DNA of 64,000 nucleotides from Vulcanimicrobiota bacterium (GCA_963820825.1 CAWGBN010000008.1:1-64000); one strand, 5' to 3'; shown: positions 31,511 to 41,123, counted from the stretch's first letter. Notes: generated by a model not told the origin, from the sequence alone. Numbers and translations are program-made.

Positions 31511-33019
31511 ATTCTTAGAGGGCTGATAGCGGCCGTTGTCATCCCGGTTGCGGCTTGCGCCCGCGTTACCGCGCCCGTCTCTTCGTTGCCCGCGTCTCAC
31601 GCCGCGAGCACCGTCGTCGATCGAAGTGCGGCTCCGTGTACGGTAAGTTACGACGGAGTGATTTGGTATCGAGTCCGGGCGGGCGATTTTCCGCCCATCG
31701 ATGTGCGCTTGGCGAAGTGCGGCTTCAACCTTTTAGGTAGAAATCTGTCTCCGGATCGCCCGCATTGGTCGATACCATCGACCGCGACGCAGACGCGCTT
31801 CGTCTTTGGCTCTCTACAGGAGGCGGACTCGATGGAGGACACGCGTAACATCGAGCGAACGGCCGCTTCGCACCGCGTGCCGGTATCTTGGATGGTGGGC
31901 GATATCCAGCACATGGCCCGTGCCGCCGAGTACAACGCGTTTCACGCTGCGAACGGCGACGATGCCCAGGCTCAGTTCTATAGCAACCTGCATGCCGCGA
32001 TGAAGGCAAAGCTTCCGTGGTACGTTCCGGCCGTCGGCATTCTAACGGCCGGCGAAGAACGCGACGTTCGGCGCGCTCTCTCATTTGGCGAGCATGCGTT
32101 CTGGGGCATTACCTGGAACAGTCGCGGTACCGACGAGACATTCGACTACGGCGCGCCATGGGGCACCTATTGCGCCGACGTTCATTCCTACAAGCGGCCG
32201 CAGCCGGATGGGGGGTGCGCGCTGCTCGCCTTTGAGTGGACGGCGCGCGATCTGACGCGCGCGTACCTTAGCGGGCGTGAAGCGGCCTTCTCTACCGACC
32301 CCGACGATCTGTTGCGGCGCGGTGGATTCTCTCCGAAGAGCGCTGCCGCGTATTCGCGAAGAATTGTCGATGCATATGCTGCGGCCGGTCAGTCCCAGCC
32401 GATCGTCATGATCGTGCAGCAGGAGGCAAGTGACGGCTCCATTGCGGCCGACGCGGCGGTCTTGAGTGCGTTGTTCGACGAGGCCGTGCGTGACGGAATG
32501 AAACTCGAAACGCTAAGTCAGGCGTCTCGAGACGCTCGCACGTTCTCTGCCGCGCCGCGTGCGGTAGCGTTTCCGTACATATTTGGAGGTAGAGAAGTTA
32601 AGTCAGACGTGCTTCACGGCGGCACGCTCTATCCGGCGACGATCGACTATCACGACTCCCGCGTCAGCATGACATTTCTTTCGGGGCACACGTTGCCGAC
32701 CCGGGTGTTCCGATACGCGGACTATCCGGTCTCGCGTTTCAATCGCCCGCTACCCGAAGTGCCGGTTCGGGAGATGCCGTTGCTTCTGCGCGCGAGCGTT
32801 AAGGACGGATGGCTGACGTTCGCGTTCGCAGCGCCCCGAGCACTGCGTTTCGGAGTGGCAATCTGGAGCGATCCGTCGCAACTGAAGATTACCGGTCCTG
32901 GGGAGATCCGCGCGGGGCGCGCGGCTACGGTCTTGGTCTTTGACCTCAAGGCCGGCACGAGCAACGTGCGCTATCGCTGTAGGGGCTGTCGCAGCTCGAC
33001 GTTTACCTATTCGCTGTAG
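31511..33019 (+). CDS. hypothetical lipoprotein (possible DUF3863/deacetylase-like fold); true start upstream of 31586
   Basis: in-frame LIAAVVIPVAAC lipobox upstream of the first canonical start; WGITWNS..GAPWGTY..SYKRP..FEWTARD. Confidence 0.6.
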   Translation: MLRGLIAAVVIPVAACARVTAPVSSLPASHAASTVVDRSAAPCTVSYDGVIWYRVRAGDFPPIDVRLAKCGFNLLGRNLSPDRPHWSIPSTATQTRFVFGSLQEADSMEDTRNIERTAASHRVPVSWMVGDIQHMARAAEYNAFHAANGDDAQAQFYSNLHAAMKAKLPWYVPAVGILTAGEERDVRRALSFGEHAFWGITWNSRGTDETFDYGAPWGTYCADVHSYKRPQPDGGCALLAFEWTARDLTRAYLSGREAAFSTDPDDLLRRGGFSPKSAAAYSRRIVDAYAAAGQSQPIVMIVQQEASDGSIAADAAVLSALFDEAVRDGMKLETLSQASRDARTFSAAPRAVAFPYIFGGREVKSDVLHGGTLYPATIDYHDSRVSMTFLSGHTLPTRVFRYADYPVSRFNRPLPEVPVREMPLLLRASVKDGWLTFAFAAPRALRFGVAIWSDPSQLKITGPGEIRAGRAATVLVFDLKAGTSNVRYRCRGCRSSTFTYSL

Positions 33020-33091
33020 GCAAGACCACCCCGCCCGCGAGCCCGCACCGCGCTAGAAGGTCTTTAATCACTGATCTAAAACTGAGTCCAG

Positions 33092-33118
33092 CGCTACCCC
33101 GCGGTGCCGTGTCAGCAT
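33092..33118. repeat. displaced copy of secA 3' end, putative att site
   Basis: 18/23 identity to 42361-42383; minus strand reads HGTAG* versus secA HGTAA*. Confidence 0.6.
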
Positions 33119-33181
33119 CCAATTATTGAACGAAATGTTGGAGAAGCACTAACATTGCGAACGTCGGAAAACGCCTTCGCC

Positions 33182-33390
33182 GTGCGCGCTTCACCCCGTA
33201 TATTTCGTGCGGTCGGCGCGCTCGCTGTCCTTTGGGTACCCAGCCTTGCGGCATCGGCGCAGTCGGCGACGCCCAGCCCTGCGCCGTCTTCGACGCCGGC
33301 ATCGGTCTGGCAACAATCCGCCGAACACGCACTTCGCGATCTTTGATCCCTGCGGCGGCCCCAAGGAACTGCTTAATAAGTTTGGCCCCA
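33182..33390 (+). pseudogene. N-terminal stub of a secreted/transporter-like protein
   Basis: signal peptide, ATPSPAPSSTP linker, then DPCGGPKELLNKFGP in another frame; truncated. Confidence 0.4.
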
Positions 33391-33733
33391 GGCGCTCCGC
33401 TACGCGATCGGCGTGGGCCTCGTGCCAAACACCCTAAAGGTATCCGCGGAAACGAATCGCTCGGATCGATCTCAGCAACCCGCTCACCGCGCTGATCGCA
33501 ACCGCGCTGTCCTGGAGCGGCCTTACGATCTGGACATTAAGCTGGTTCGTATCCATGCCTCTGCTCGGCTTTCTACTCGCACGCTTGCGGCCTGTTCGCG
33601 GAATCGCGGGGAATCACTTTTCCGGAAATGCCTAGTTTTGCAAGGAAAACCACGGCTTTCTATGTACTCTGAGCATTCGGATCAAGCATGATTAGCGATG
33701 AAATAGGTGCGAGACACAAATAGGAGGGCTCCA

Positions 33734-34822
33734 ATGAAATCCTCGAGATTGGCATCCGGCGTCTTGGGCGCCATCGCCGCCGTCGCGCTTTTGGCCGGAT
33801 GCGGCAGCGGGCTACACTCCTCGTCCTTTGCGTCGGCCGGACAAGGCTTGGCGTCCGGGGGACGCGGGCTCGGACCGATCGGGCACCACTACCTGGCGAA
33901 CTACACCTCGGTACGCGCGCCCCAAGTCAAGCCCGACCATCACAAATCGTGGGTCTCGCCGGACGTCAAGAGAGCGCCTCGTTTACTCTTCGTCTCGGAC
34001 GACTCCTCCAACGACGTGTACATCTTCACGATGCCGGCGATGCAACTCAAGGGTACGCTGACGGGCTTTAACGGGCCGCAGGGTATGTGCTCGGACAAGC
34101 AAGGCAATATCTGGGTTGTCAATACCGGCACCAAACAGGGCCTCAAGTACTCGCGCACCGGCCAATTGCTGGGCTCGGTGAGCGATCCGTCCGGAACTCC
34201 GGTGGGTTGCGCGGTCAATCCGGCCAACGGCGACCTGGCCCTCAGCGAAACCCAAGGCTCCAGCGGCGCGGGCGCCATCGAAGTCTACCACAATGGCTCG
34301 GGAAGCCCCACCAGATATAGCAACCCGTCACAGTACGAGTACTTCTTCCCGGCGTACGACACCGATGGCAATCTTTACGCCGACGGCTTCAACTACCCGA
34401 CCTTTGCCGTCATGATTTCGGAGCTGCCGTCGGGGAGCAGTGCGATGCATACCGTCAACTACAGCGGCGGAACGATTCAATTTCCGGGTGGCGTGAACTG
34501 GGATAGAGTGAAGGGCCAGCTGGTCATCAACGATCAGGAGTGCCAGGGAGTCTACGCTTCGTGCGCGTACCAGCTGACGGTATCGGGTTCGAGCGCGACG
34601 ATTGTCGGATCCACTCCGCTGAACAACTTCGACGGCACCGCCTGCGACGTCGATCAAGGCACGATCGCTCCGTTTGGCAAGTACTTCGCGGGCCCGTGCA
34701 TCACCTTCGCATACAGCGTGAGCTCAGTGGATCGTTGGGCGTATCCGTCGGGCGGTACGCCGGGTCACTACAACAACTCGTTGGTCATCGAACCGATCGG
34801 TTCGGCAATCAGCAATAAGTAG
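33734..34822 (+). CDS. NHL-type propeller lipoprotein
   Basis: AGGAGG RBS; LLAGC; SWVSPD..LLFVSD..PQGMCSD..PVGCAVNP. Confidence 0.85.
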   Translation: MKSSRLASGVLGAIAAVALLAGCGSGLHSSSFASAGQGLASGGRGLGPIGHHYLANYTSVRAPQVKPDHHKSWVSPDVKRAPRLLFVSDDSSNDVYIFTMPAMQLKGTLTGFNGPQGMCSDKQGNIWVVNTGTKQGLKYSRTGQLLGSVSDPSGTPVGCAVNPANGDLALSETQGSSGAGAIEVYHNGSGSPTRYSNPSQYEYFFPAYDTDGNLYADGFNYPTFAVMISELPSGSSAMHTVNYSGGTIQFPGGVNWDRVKGQLVINDQECQGVYASCAYQLTVSGSSATIVGSTPLNNFDGTACDVDQGTIAPFGKYFAGPCITFAYSVSSVDRWAYPSGGTPGHYNNSLVIEPIGSAISNK

Positions 34823-34844
34823 CCGCGATTGTTCGAACGCCACC

Positions 34845-34937
34845 CTATCGCTCGCGGCTTGTTCGCGCATTCGGGCCGGGGCGCAGGTGCCGCATCCGCG
34901 GCATTGGGACGCGCTTCTCCAACATGCGCACTCGTAA
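34845..34937 (+). pseudogene. HTH-tail remnant, copy B
   Basis: LSLAACSRIRAGAQVPHPRHWDALLQHAHS*; homologous to 37768-37890 with mostly synonymous differences. Confidence 0.65.
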
Positions 34938-35019
34938 GCGCTCGCTCGGCTGGGGTAGCGCTGCGGCGTATCGAATGTAATTAGTCGTCGAACTGTCGAG
35001 GCCTCGGGGAGCAAATCAA

Positions 35020-36270
35020 ATGAGGATTTTTTCTTTCAACTGCTACGCGCTAAGTGTCAGCGTCGCGGCAGTATTGGTTACCGGGTGCGCGGGATCGCAG
35101 CCAATCGGCGCGCCAAGCGCGGCGCTGCAAAGCGGCATCAGGCCTGGATCGTCATCCTACAAGGTGCTCTACGCATTCGATGGCTTTCCGAACGGGGAAC
35201 AGCCGATCGGTGGGCTACTCGACGTCGGCGGCACGCTCTACGGCGCCGCCTCCAACGGCGGCCAAAGAAACTGCCGCCCGCGGGCAAGCGGCGGCTGTGG
35301 AACCGTTTTCAGCATTACGCCGAAGGGTGCGGAAAAACTGCTCTACACCTTCACGACAAAAACCGGAGTATACCCGGAGTCGGGTTTGATCGACGTCGAC
35401 GGCACCTTGTACGGCACGACGTATGAGGGTGGTCCAACCGGCGGCGGAACCGTTTACAGCGTCAGCACGACCGGATCTGAGGCAGTACTTTATAGTTTCA
35501 AAGGTACCACGGACGGCACGTATCCTCACGCAGGCGTGATCTCCGTAAAGCATATCCTCTACGGGACCAACACGTACGGCGGCGGTCGCCACCGCGACGG
35601 AGGAACCGTTTACAGCCTCACCCTGTCAGGCGTGCATACGGTCCTGCACAGCTTCAGAGCGACGACGGACGGGCACGACCCCGAGGGCGGTTTGATCGAC
35701 GTCCACGGCATACTGTACGGAACGACGGTTTTCGTTAGCCGTGCAGCAACCTGCTGCGGAATCGTTTATAGCATGACAACGACCGGCCAGGAGACGGTGC
35801 TGTATCGTTTTGCGGGTGGCTCCGATGGGCGCGGCCCGACGGGCGATTTGCTGAACGTCAACGGCACGCTCTACGGCACGACCAGTAGCGGCGGCGGCAC
35901 GGGATGCGGAGGCAACGGCTGCGGAACAGTCTACACCATAACGCCGAGCGGCACGGAGAACGTGCTCTACAAGTTCTTAGGCGGCTCCGACGGCGCGAAT
36001 CCAGAAGCCGGTTTGATCGATGTAAACGGCACGCTTTACGGCACGACGGCCGGCGGCGGCGCGGCCTCGTGCTCCTGCGGCACCGTCTACAGCATCAGCA
36101 CCAGCGGCACGGAGACCGTGCTCCATGCGTTCACCGGCGGCACCGACGGTAAGGACCCGCGGGCGCCATTGACCGCCGTCAAGGGCACACTCTACGGCAC
36201 CACTGCATACGGCAGCGATGGATGCAAGTCCCAAGAAGGTTGTGGAACGGTCTTCGCGTTGACTCCTTAA
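35020..36270 (+). CDS. GloVer-type propeller lipoprotein (7 repeats)
   Basis: GGAG RBS; VTGC; ends GTVFALTP. Confidence 0.9.
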   Translation: MRIFSFNCYALSVSVAAVLVTGCAGSQPIGAPSAALQSGIRPGSSSYKVLYAFDGFPNGEQPIGGLLDVGGTLYGAASNGGQRNCRPRASGGCGTVFSITPKGAEKLLYTFTTKTGVYPESGLIDVDGTLYGTTYEGGPTGGGTVYSVSTTGSEAVLYSFKGTTDGTYPHAGVISVKHILYGTNTYGGGRHRDGGTVYSLTLSGVHTVLHSFRATTDGHDPEGGLIDVHGILYGTTVFVSRAATCCGIVYSMTTTGQETVLYRFAGGSDGRGPTGDLLNVNGTLYGTTSSGGGTGCGGNGCGTVYTITPSGTENVLYKFLGGSDGANPEAGLIDVNGTLYGTTAGGGAASCSCGTVYSISTSGTETVLHAFTGGTDGKDPRAPLTAVKGTLYGTTAYGSDGCKSQEGCGTVFALTP

Positions 36271-36343
36271 ATCGCGCAAGGCGCATTTGGAATTACGGCT
36301 AACCCGTTCGCGACTGCACAGCCGGTAAAAAGGAGCAAAGCTT

Positions 36344-37609
36344 GTGACACACTGGAATCTTAATCGCTACGCGTTGAGATGCGGCGTCGTCGCTGCATTG
36401 CTTGCTGGCTGCGGGGGATCGCAGCCCCCGATCGACGCGCCTGGTCTAATGGCTCAAGGTCCAGCGCTCGCGGCACGCACCAGTAGCTCGAACTACAAGG
36501 TCGTGTATAGCTTTGGCGCACCCCCGGATGGAGGCTGCCCCCTCGCCGGTCTGATCGACGTGGGCGGCACGCTCTACGGAACGACGAGCGGAGGCGGGGC
36601 ATACACTATCGATAGCAACTGCTTTTATCACACGGGTCTATTCGGAACGGTCTTCAGTATTACAACGGGCGGCAAGGAGAACGTGCTGCACAGCTTCGGC
36701 AACTATCCAGACGGGAGCGAACCTGTTGCCGGCCTAATCGACGTGCACGGCACGCTCTACGGCACGACGAGGGGAGGCGGCAGCACCGCTGGGGGCGGCG
36801 GAACCGTCTTTAGCATCACCACGAGCGGCACCGAGCACGTTCTGCACAGCTTCCTTGGCAGAAAACCTGATGGCGATAATCCCAACGCATCTCTGATCGA
36901 GCTAAAGGGTAAGCTCTACGGCACGACGAGCAATGGCGGCAAGCACGTGAACAGCGGCGGAACGTTCTTCAGCCTTACGGCGGACGGCACGGAGAAAGTG
37001 CTCCACTTTTTCGGAGGAAGCCACGGCAGGAATGTCGAGGCGGGCCTAATCGATGCCGGCGGCGCGCTCTACGGCACGGCTTATTCGGGGGGCGCTTACC
37101 ACAAGGGCGTGGTCTTTAGAATCACTCCAAGCGGCAGGGAGAAGGTGCTCCACAGCTTCGGCAACGGAACCGATGGCGCTTATCCCACCGCATCCTTGAT
37201 CGAGGTAAACGGCACGCTCTACGGCACGACAGAATTCGGTGGCGCGTACAAAGGTGGCACGGTTTTTAGCATCAGCACGAGCGGCACGGAAGAAGTGCTG
37301 CACAGCTTCGGCTACGGGACCGATGGCGCTGATCCCGCGGCATCCCTAATCGAGGTAAACGGCACGCTCTACGGCACGACCAGCGAAGGCGGGTCGTACA
37401 GGTGCGGCCGCACCACTAAGTATTTCAACTGTGGAACTGTGTTCAGCATAACGCCAAGCGGCACGGAAGAGGTGCTCCACAGCTTCAGCAAAGGAACCGA
37501 CGGCACTCATCCGGTCGCGCCCCTGATCGACTTGAAGGGCACACTGTACGGCACGACGGAATATGGCGGCGCCAACCAAAACGGAACGGTCTTCGCGTTG
37601 ACTCCATAA
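36344..37609 (+). CDS. GloVer-type propeller lipoprotein (7 repeats)
   Basis: AGGAG RBS; LLAGC; ends GTVFALTP. Confidence 0.9.
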   Translation: MTHWNLNRYALRCGVVAALLAGCGGSQPPIDAPGLMAQGPALAARTSSSNYKVVYSFGAPPDGGCPLAGLIDVGGTLYGTTSGGGAYTIDSNCFYHTGLFGTVFSITTGGKENVLHSFGNYPDGSEPVAGLIDVHGTLYGTTRGGGSTAGGGGTVFSITTSGTEHVLHSFLGRKPDGDNPNASLIELKGKLYGTTSNGGKHVNSGGTFFSLTADGTEKVLHFFGGSHGRNVEAGLIDAGGALYGTAYSGGAYHKGVVFRITPSGREKVLHSFGNGTDGAYPTASLIEVNGTLYGTTEFGGAYKGGTVFSISTSGTEEVLHSFGYGTDGADPAASLIEVNGTLYGTTSEGGSYRCGRTTKYFNCGTVFSITPSGTEEVLHSFSKGTDGTHPVAPLIDLKGTLYGTTEYGGANQNGTVFALTP

Positions 37610-37714
37610 CGCGTATTCGCAATCAGGTGGGAGCCTGTACTTGATCCGCGCCGCGTCGACAACAGGAGCAAAGCATTGACTCTTAGTCGCGCCGCAACGC
37701 TGCCGTCAACCACC

Positions 37715-37890
37715 GCGCGAGGCGAGGCGATCAGCGAAGAGTATCGCCGCAATCGCGGCTGGGCGCGTTCTCGCTTAAGGAGATCGCCAAGGTTACAGGG
37801 TTGTCGCTCGCGGCCTGCTCGCGCGTCCGTGCCGGTGCGAGGGTGCCGCATCCGCGGCACTGGCTCGCCTTGCGCGAGCTCGTACAAGGA
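37715..37890 (+). pseudogene. HTH-tail remnant, copy C
   Basis: RGEAISEEYRRNRGWAR, frame change, then FSLKEIAKVTGLSLAACSRVRAGARVPHPRHWLALRELV. Confidence 0.65.
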
Positions 37891-38001
37891 GGAGAGCTTG
37901 GACGTAATCATGGATTCAGGTTAAACCGTGCCTCTCCCAGTTTTTCGCGACTATCGTCCAGCCGGCGACGTAATAGCGCGCTTCCCAACCAAAGGATACG
38001 C

Positions 38002-38433
38002 ATGCGAAACATTTTGATCGTCTTGGTGGCCCTCGTTGTCAGCTTGGTACCCCAAGTCGGCTATGTTCACGCATCGAGCACGCCTCCCACAACGGTTACG
38101 GCCATTGACATAGCCCTGGAGCCAGATGCGACGATGCTCCAGCACGCGGCGGCACTCAACGCGCGGTTGCGACAAAGCTTTCCAAAAGGATACGCACTCA
38201 ATGCGAGTCACCGCCCGCATGTGACCATGCTCCAACGGTACGTCCGCACAGCGGACCTCCCCAGAGTGTACGCAGCAGTAGAAAAAATCATGAGCGCAAA
38301 GAGTCCAGCAAGGTGGAAGCTTCAAGCATTCAAAATCGACCATGCCGTTTGGAGCGGCCTGGCTCTCACGGTCATTCTCGCCAAACCGCCGGCGTACGGC
38401 ATGGGCCGCTACACTCTTGCGCATGGAGTATGA
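38002..38433 (+). pseudogene. truncated secreted 2H-phosphoesterase-like protein
   Basis: signal peptide; AIDIALEPD..RPHVTMLQRYV with one HxT motif; second motif missing. Confidence 0.55.
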
Positions 38434-38434
38434 A

Positions 38435-39664
38435 ATGATTGCACGTTTCCGCGGCGTTGTCATGATCGCGGTGGTCGCGGCAATGCTCGCGAATTGCGAT
38501 GGATTGCAGACGTCGGTCAGACAGCCAGGCGCGATGCCCCAAAACATCACGGCGCCGGCGGCGTCGCAGCATTTGGGATCATCCGGCTACAAAATCCTCA
38601 CGAGCTTCAGCGGCCTTAATGGCGACAAGAACCCTGCTGGGGATGTAGTCGCGATGCGTGGTAAGCTATACGGCACTACCAGCGCGGGTGGTGTGCTTGG
38701 CGCAGTCTTCAGCGTAAACCCGGCTACCGGCACCGAGAGGGTGTTGCACCATTTTCAAGGCCAACCCGATGGCGCTGCCCCCCTCGCCGGTTTGACCGCC
38801 GTCGACGGCAAGCTCTACGGCACTACCGCTAGCGGGGGTGTGTATGAGGCCGGAACCGTATTCAGCGTGACCCGAGGCGGTAAAGAAACCGTGTTGTACA
38901 GCTTCGGCGGCTACGGCTCTGATGGCGAGTTGCCTCAGGCACCCTTGATATACGTGAATAGCGAGCTGTACGGTACGACATATAATGGCACCGGTTCTGC
39001 GGGCTCTGGTACAGTCTTCAGCGTTACTTTGAATGGCCAAGAGACAGTGCTGCATCGCTTTACGAATTATCCTAGTGACGGCGCGTGGCCCTTGGCTGGG
39101 CTCACCTATGTAAACGGGCTCCTATATGGCACTACGACTGCCGGCGGAACGACGCACGGGACTCATGGCGCGGGGACCGTCTTTAGCATCACGTCAGACG
39201 GTAGAGAGAACCTAGTTTTCAGTTTTCTTGGAGACACGAATGGCTCCGACCCAATGGCAGGCTTGATCAGCGCCAACGGCGCCCTCTACGGCACGACCAC
39301 GCAAGGCGGCAAGTACCGCTGTGGTACGGTTTTCCGCATCAGCAAGAGTGGGAGTGAAAAGGTCGTCCACAACTTTCGAAATGTTCCCGATGGCTGCTTC
39401 CCATATGCTGGATTGATCGATGTAAAGGGTACGCTTTACGGGACGACCGGCCACGGCGGATCATACTACCAAGGACGCGATGGTGGCGGAACCGTGTTCA
39501 GCATCGCGCCAACCGGCAAAGAAACGGTGCTGCATAGCTTTGGCTCGGGCACAGACGGGTCTGACCCGCTAGCCGGACTCACGAACCTGCACGGCACACT
39601 TTACGGAACGACAAGTCGAGGCGGCGCTCACGGTTACGGAACAGTCTTTGCATTGACCCCATAG
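38435..39664 (+). CDS. GloVer-type propeller lipoprotein (7 repeats)
   Basis: LANC lipobox-like; ends GTVFALTP. Confidence 0.88.
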   Translation: MIARFRGVVMIAVVAAMLANCDGLQTSVRQPGAMPQNITAPAASQHLGSSGYKILTSFSGLNGDKNPAGDVVAMRGKLYGTTSAGGVLGAVFSVNPATGTERVLHHFQGQPDGAAPLAGLTAVDGKLYGTTASGGVYEAGTVFSVTRGGKETVLYSFGGYGSDGELPQAPLIYVNSELYGTTYNGTGSAGSGTVFSVTLNGQETVLHRFTNYPSDGAWPLAGLTYVNGLLYGTTTAGGTTHGTHGAGTVFSITSDGRENLVFSFLGDTNGSDPMAGLISANGALYGTTTQGGKYRCGTVFRISKSGSEKVVHNFRNVPDGCFPYAGLIDVKGTLYGTTGHGGSYYQGRDGGGTVFSIAPTGKETVLHSFGSGTDGSDPLAGLTNLHGTLYGTTSRGGAHGYGTVFALTP

Positions 39665-39858
39665 CGGACGGCTCCCCGTACGCGAAATGGGTGCTTAGCG
39701 GAGGAGAGACGCACATCGATGCATCGGCGATCACATTCCATCCCCGTGCAGCGCCAAAAGCGTTACGCCATATAGCCTTTTCGCGACGCCGCGCGATTTG
39801 CAAACGGCGCTGCAAACTTTGCACGCGGCGCGGGCGATCGAGCGCGCTACCAAAAAGC

Positions 39859-40427
39859 CTGATATGTTACCGAACGGGCCGCGTTGAACGGTTCCCTTAA
39901 CCCGAAAGGGCGGGTCGGCACATCCTAAAACGCCTTGGGCTTCGAGCTCGGAAATAAGATCGATGGCCGACCCGATGACTGCTATCCTAGGAGATCGGAC
40001 CGTATCTTAGGCCGCGTACGTCGCGAAGCCTGTATGCATCAGGGTGATCGTTCGGGATAGCTTGCCGGCGAGTGAGGTGAGCGTGGAGATCCTAGGCATC
40101 GACGTCGGAAAGCACGAGATGCACGCAGTTCTGCTGCAGGACGATCGTTCGACATCGAAAAGCGTCGCCAATTCGGCAGCCGGTTTTAAGCAGTTACAGA
40201 GCTGGCTGCGCAATCGCAAAGCCGAGAGGGTGCACGCGTGCCTCGAGGCCACCGGCGGTTGGAGCGAAGATCTGGCGCTCGCGCTGCACGAGGCCGGCCA
40301 TGTCGTCAGCCTGGTCAACCCCATGCGCATCAAAGCATTCGCCAAGAGCGAGATGCTGCGGACAAAAACCGACCGCATCGATGCAGCACTCATTGCACGG
40401 TTCTGTCGTACGCATGTGCCAGGGGGC
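39859..40427 (+). mobile_element. IS110-family element, left end and 5' part only
   Basis: CT core at 39859-60; long non-coding left end; DEDD transposase N-terminus. Confidence 0.8.
39872..40062 (+). ncRNA. IS110 bridge RNA (5' stem, target-binding loop, donor-binding loop)
   Basis: stems CGGGTCGGC/GCCGACCCG and GCTATCC/GGATAGC each enclose an internal loop and inner hairpin; guides match the left junction. Confidence 0.75.
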
Positions 40428-40430
40428 TGA
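40083..40430 (+). pseudogene. IS110 transposase, truncated after the RuvC-like domain
   Basis: GAGGTG RBS; ILGIDVGK..CLEATG..VNP..KTDRIDAALIA. Confidence 0.92.
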
Positions 40431-40920
40431 GCCCCGGAATCTAGTCCAATGGGAATTGTGGGTTTCCGGCCAAGATGGCCTGCAAAGGAGACCCGCATGC
40501 GCAAGCGACGCTACACCGAAGCGCAGATCGTCGCGATCCTTCAAGAGCTCGACGCCGGCCGATCCGCAGCTGAGCTCGCTCGCAAACACGGCGTTCACGT
40601 CAACACGCTGCGACTGTGGCGAAGCAAATACGCCGGGCTCGACATCAGCGATCTCACCCGTCTGAAAGAGCTCGAATCCGAAAACTCGCAGATGGAGCGC
40701 ATTGTCGCGCGTCAAGCCCTCGAGATCCGCGCGATGTCCGAGGTGATTCGAAAAAACGGGTGGGGCCCTCAGCGCGCAAGGAAGCGGTGAGGGCGTTAGA
40801 GGACGAGGGGATGAGCCAGCGGCAAGCGTGCCGCCTCGCGACCTGCCCCCGACCGACCGTACGATACAAACCACGCAAACGCCCCGGCGACGAGCACGTC
40901 CGCGATCGGTTGCGTTGCAT
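40428..40920 (+). mobile_element. IS3-family element fragment (orfB truncated)
   Basis: begins near TGAGCCCC; orfA; A6C slippery site 40751-57; orfB start SQRQACRL; no DDE domain. Confidence 0.8.
40497..40790 (+). CDS. IS3 transposase OrfA
   Basis: MRKRRYTEAQIVAILQE..LARKHGV..WRSKYAG..RLKELESEN. Confidence 0.9.
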   Translation: MRKRRYTEAQIVAILQELDAGRSAAELARKHGVHVNTLRLWRSKYAGLDISDLTRLKELESENSQMERIVARQALEIRAMSEVIRKNGWGPQRARKR

Positions 40921-41123
40921 GGCGTTTAACGAAAGTGGAGATCCCTTGATTTGGATAGACGAATAGTCCTTAAACCTGCGTGCCGCATGAACCAGACCGC
41001 GGTGCGTCATTTGGTGCCTATCGGGAGTCGAATCAGTTAAATGTGCGTTCAAGTGGTCTAAGCTGGTGCGATAATATAGTAGGTTTATTTGTCCGTTCAC
41101 TCAGCGAAAGGAAATCGTGATCT

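Noticed and set aside
33400..38000. CRISPR array or functional cas1
   Set aside because: No regularly spaced identical repeats and no Cas1 catalytic domain; only short HTH-tail remnants
25404..39664. Diversity-generating retroelement acting on propeller genes
   Set aside because: No reverse transcriptase and no template/variable repeat pair with adenine-specific mismatches seen
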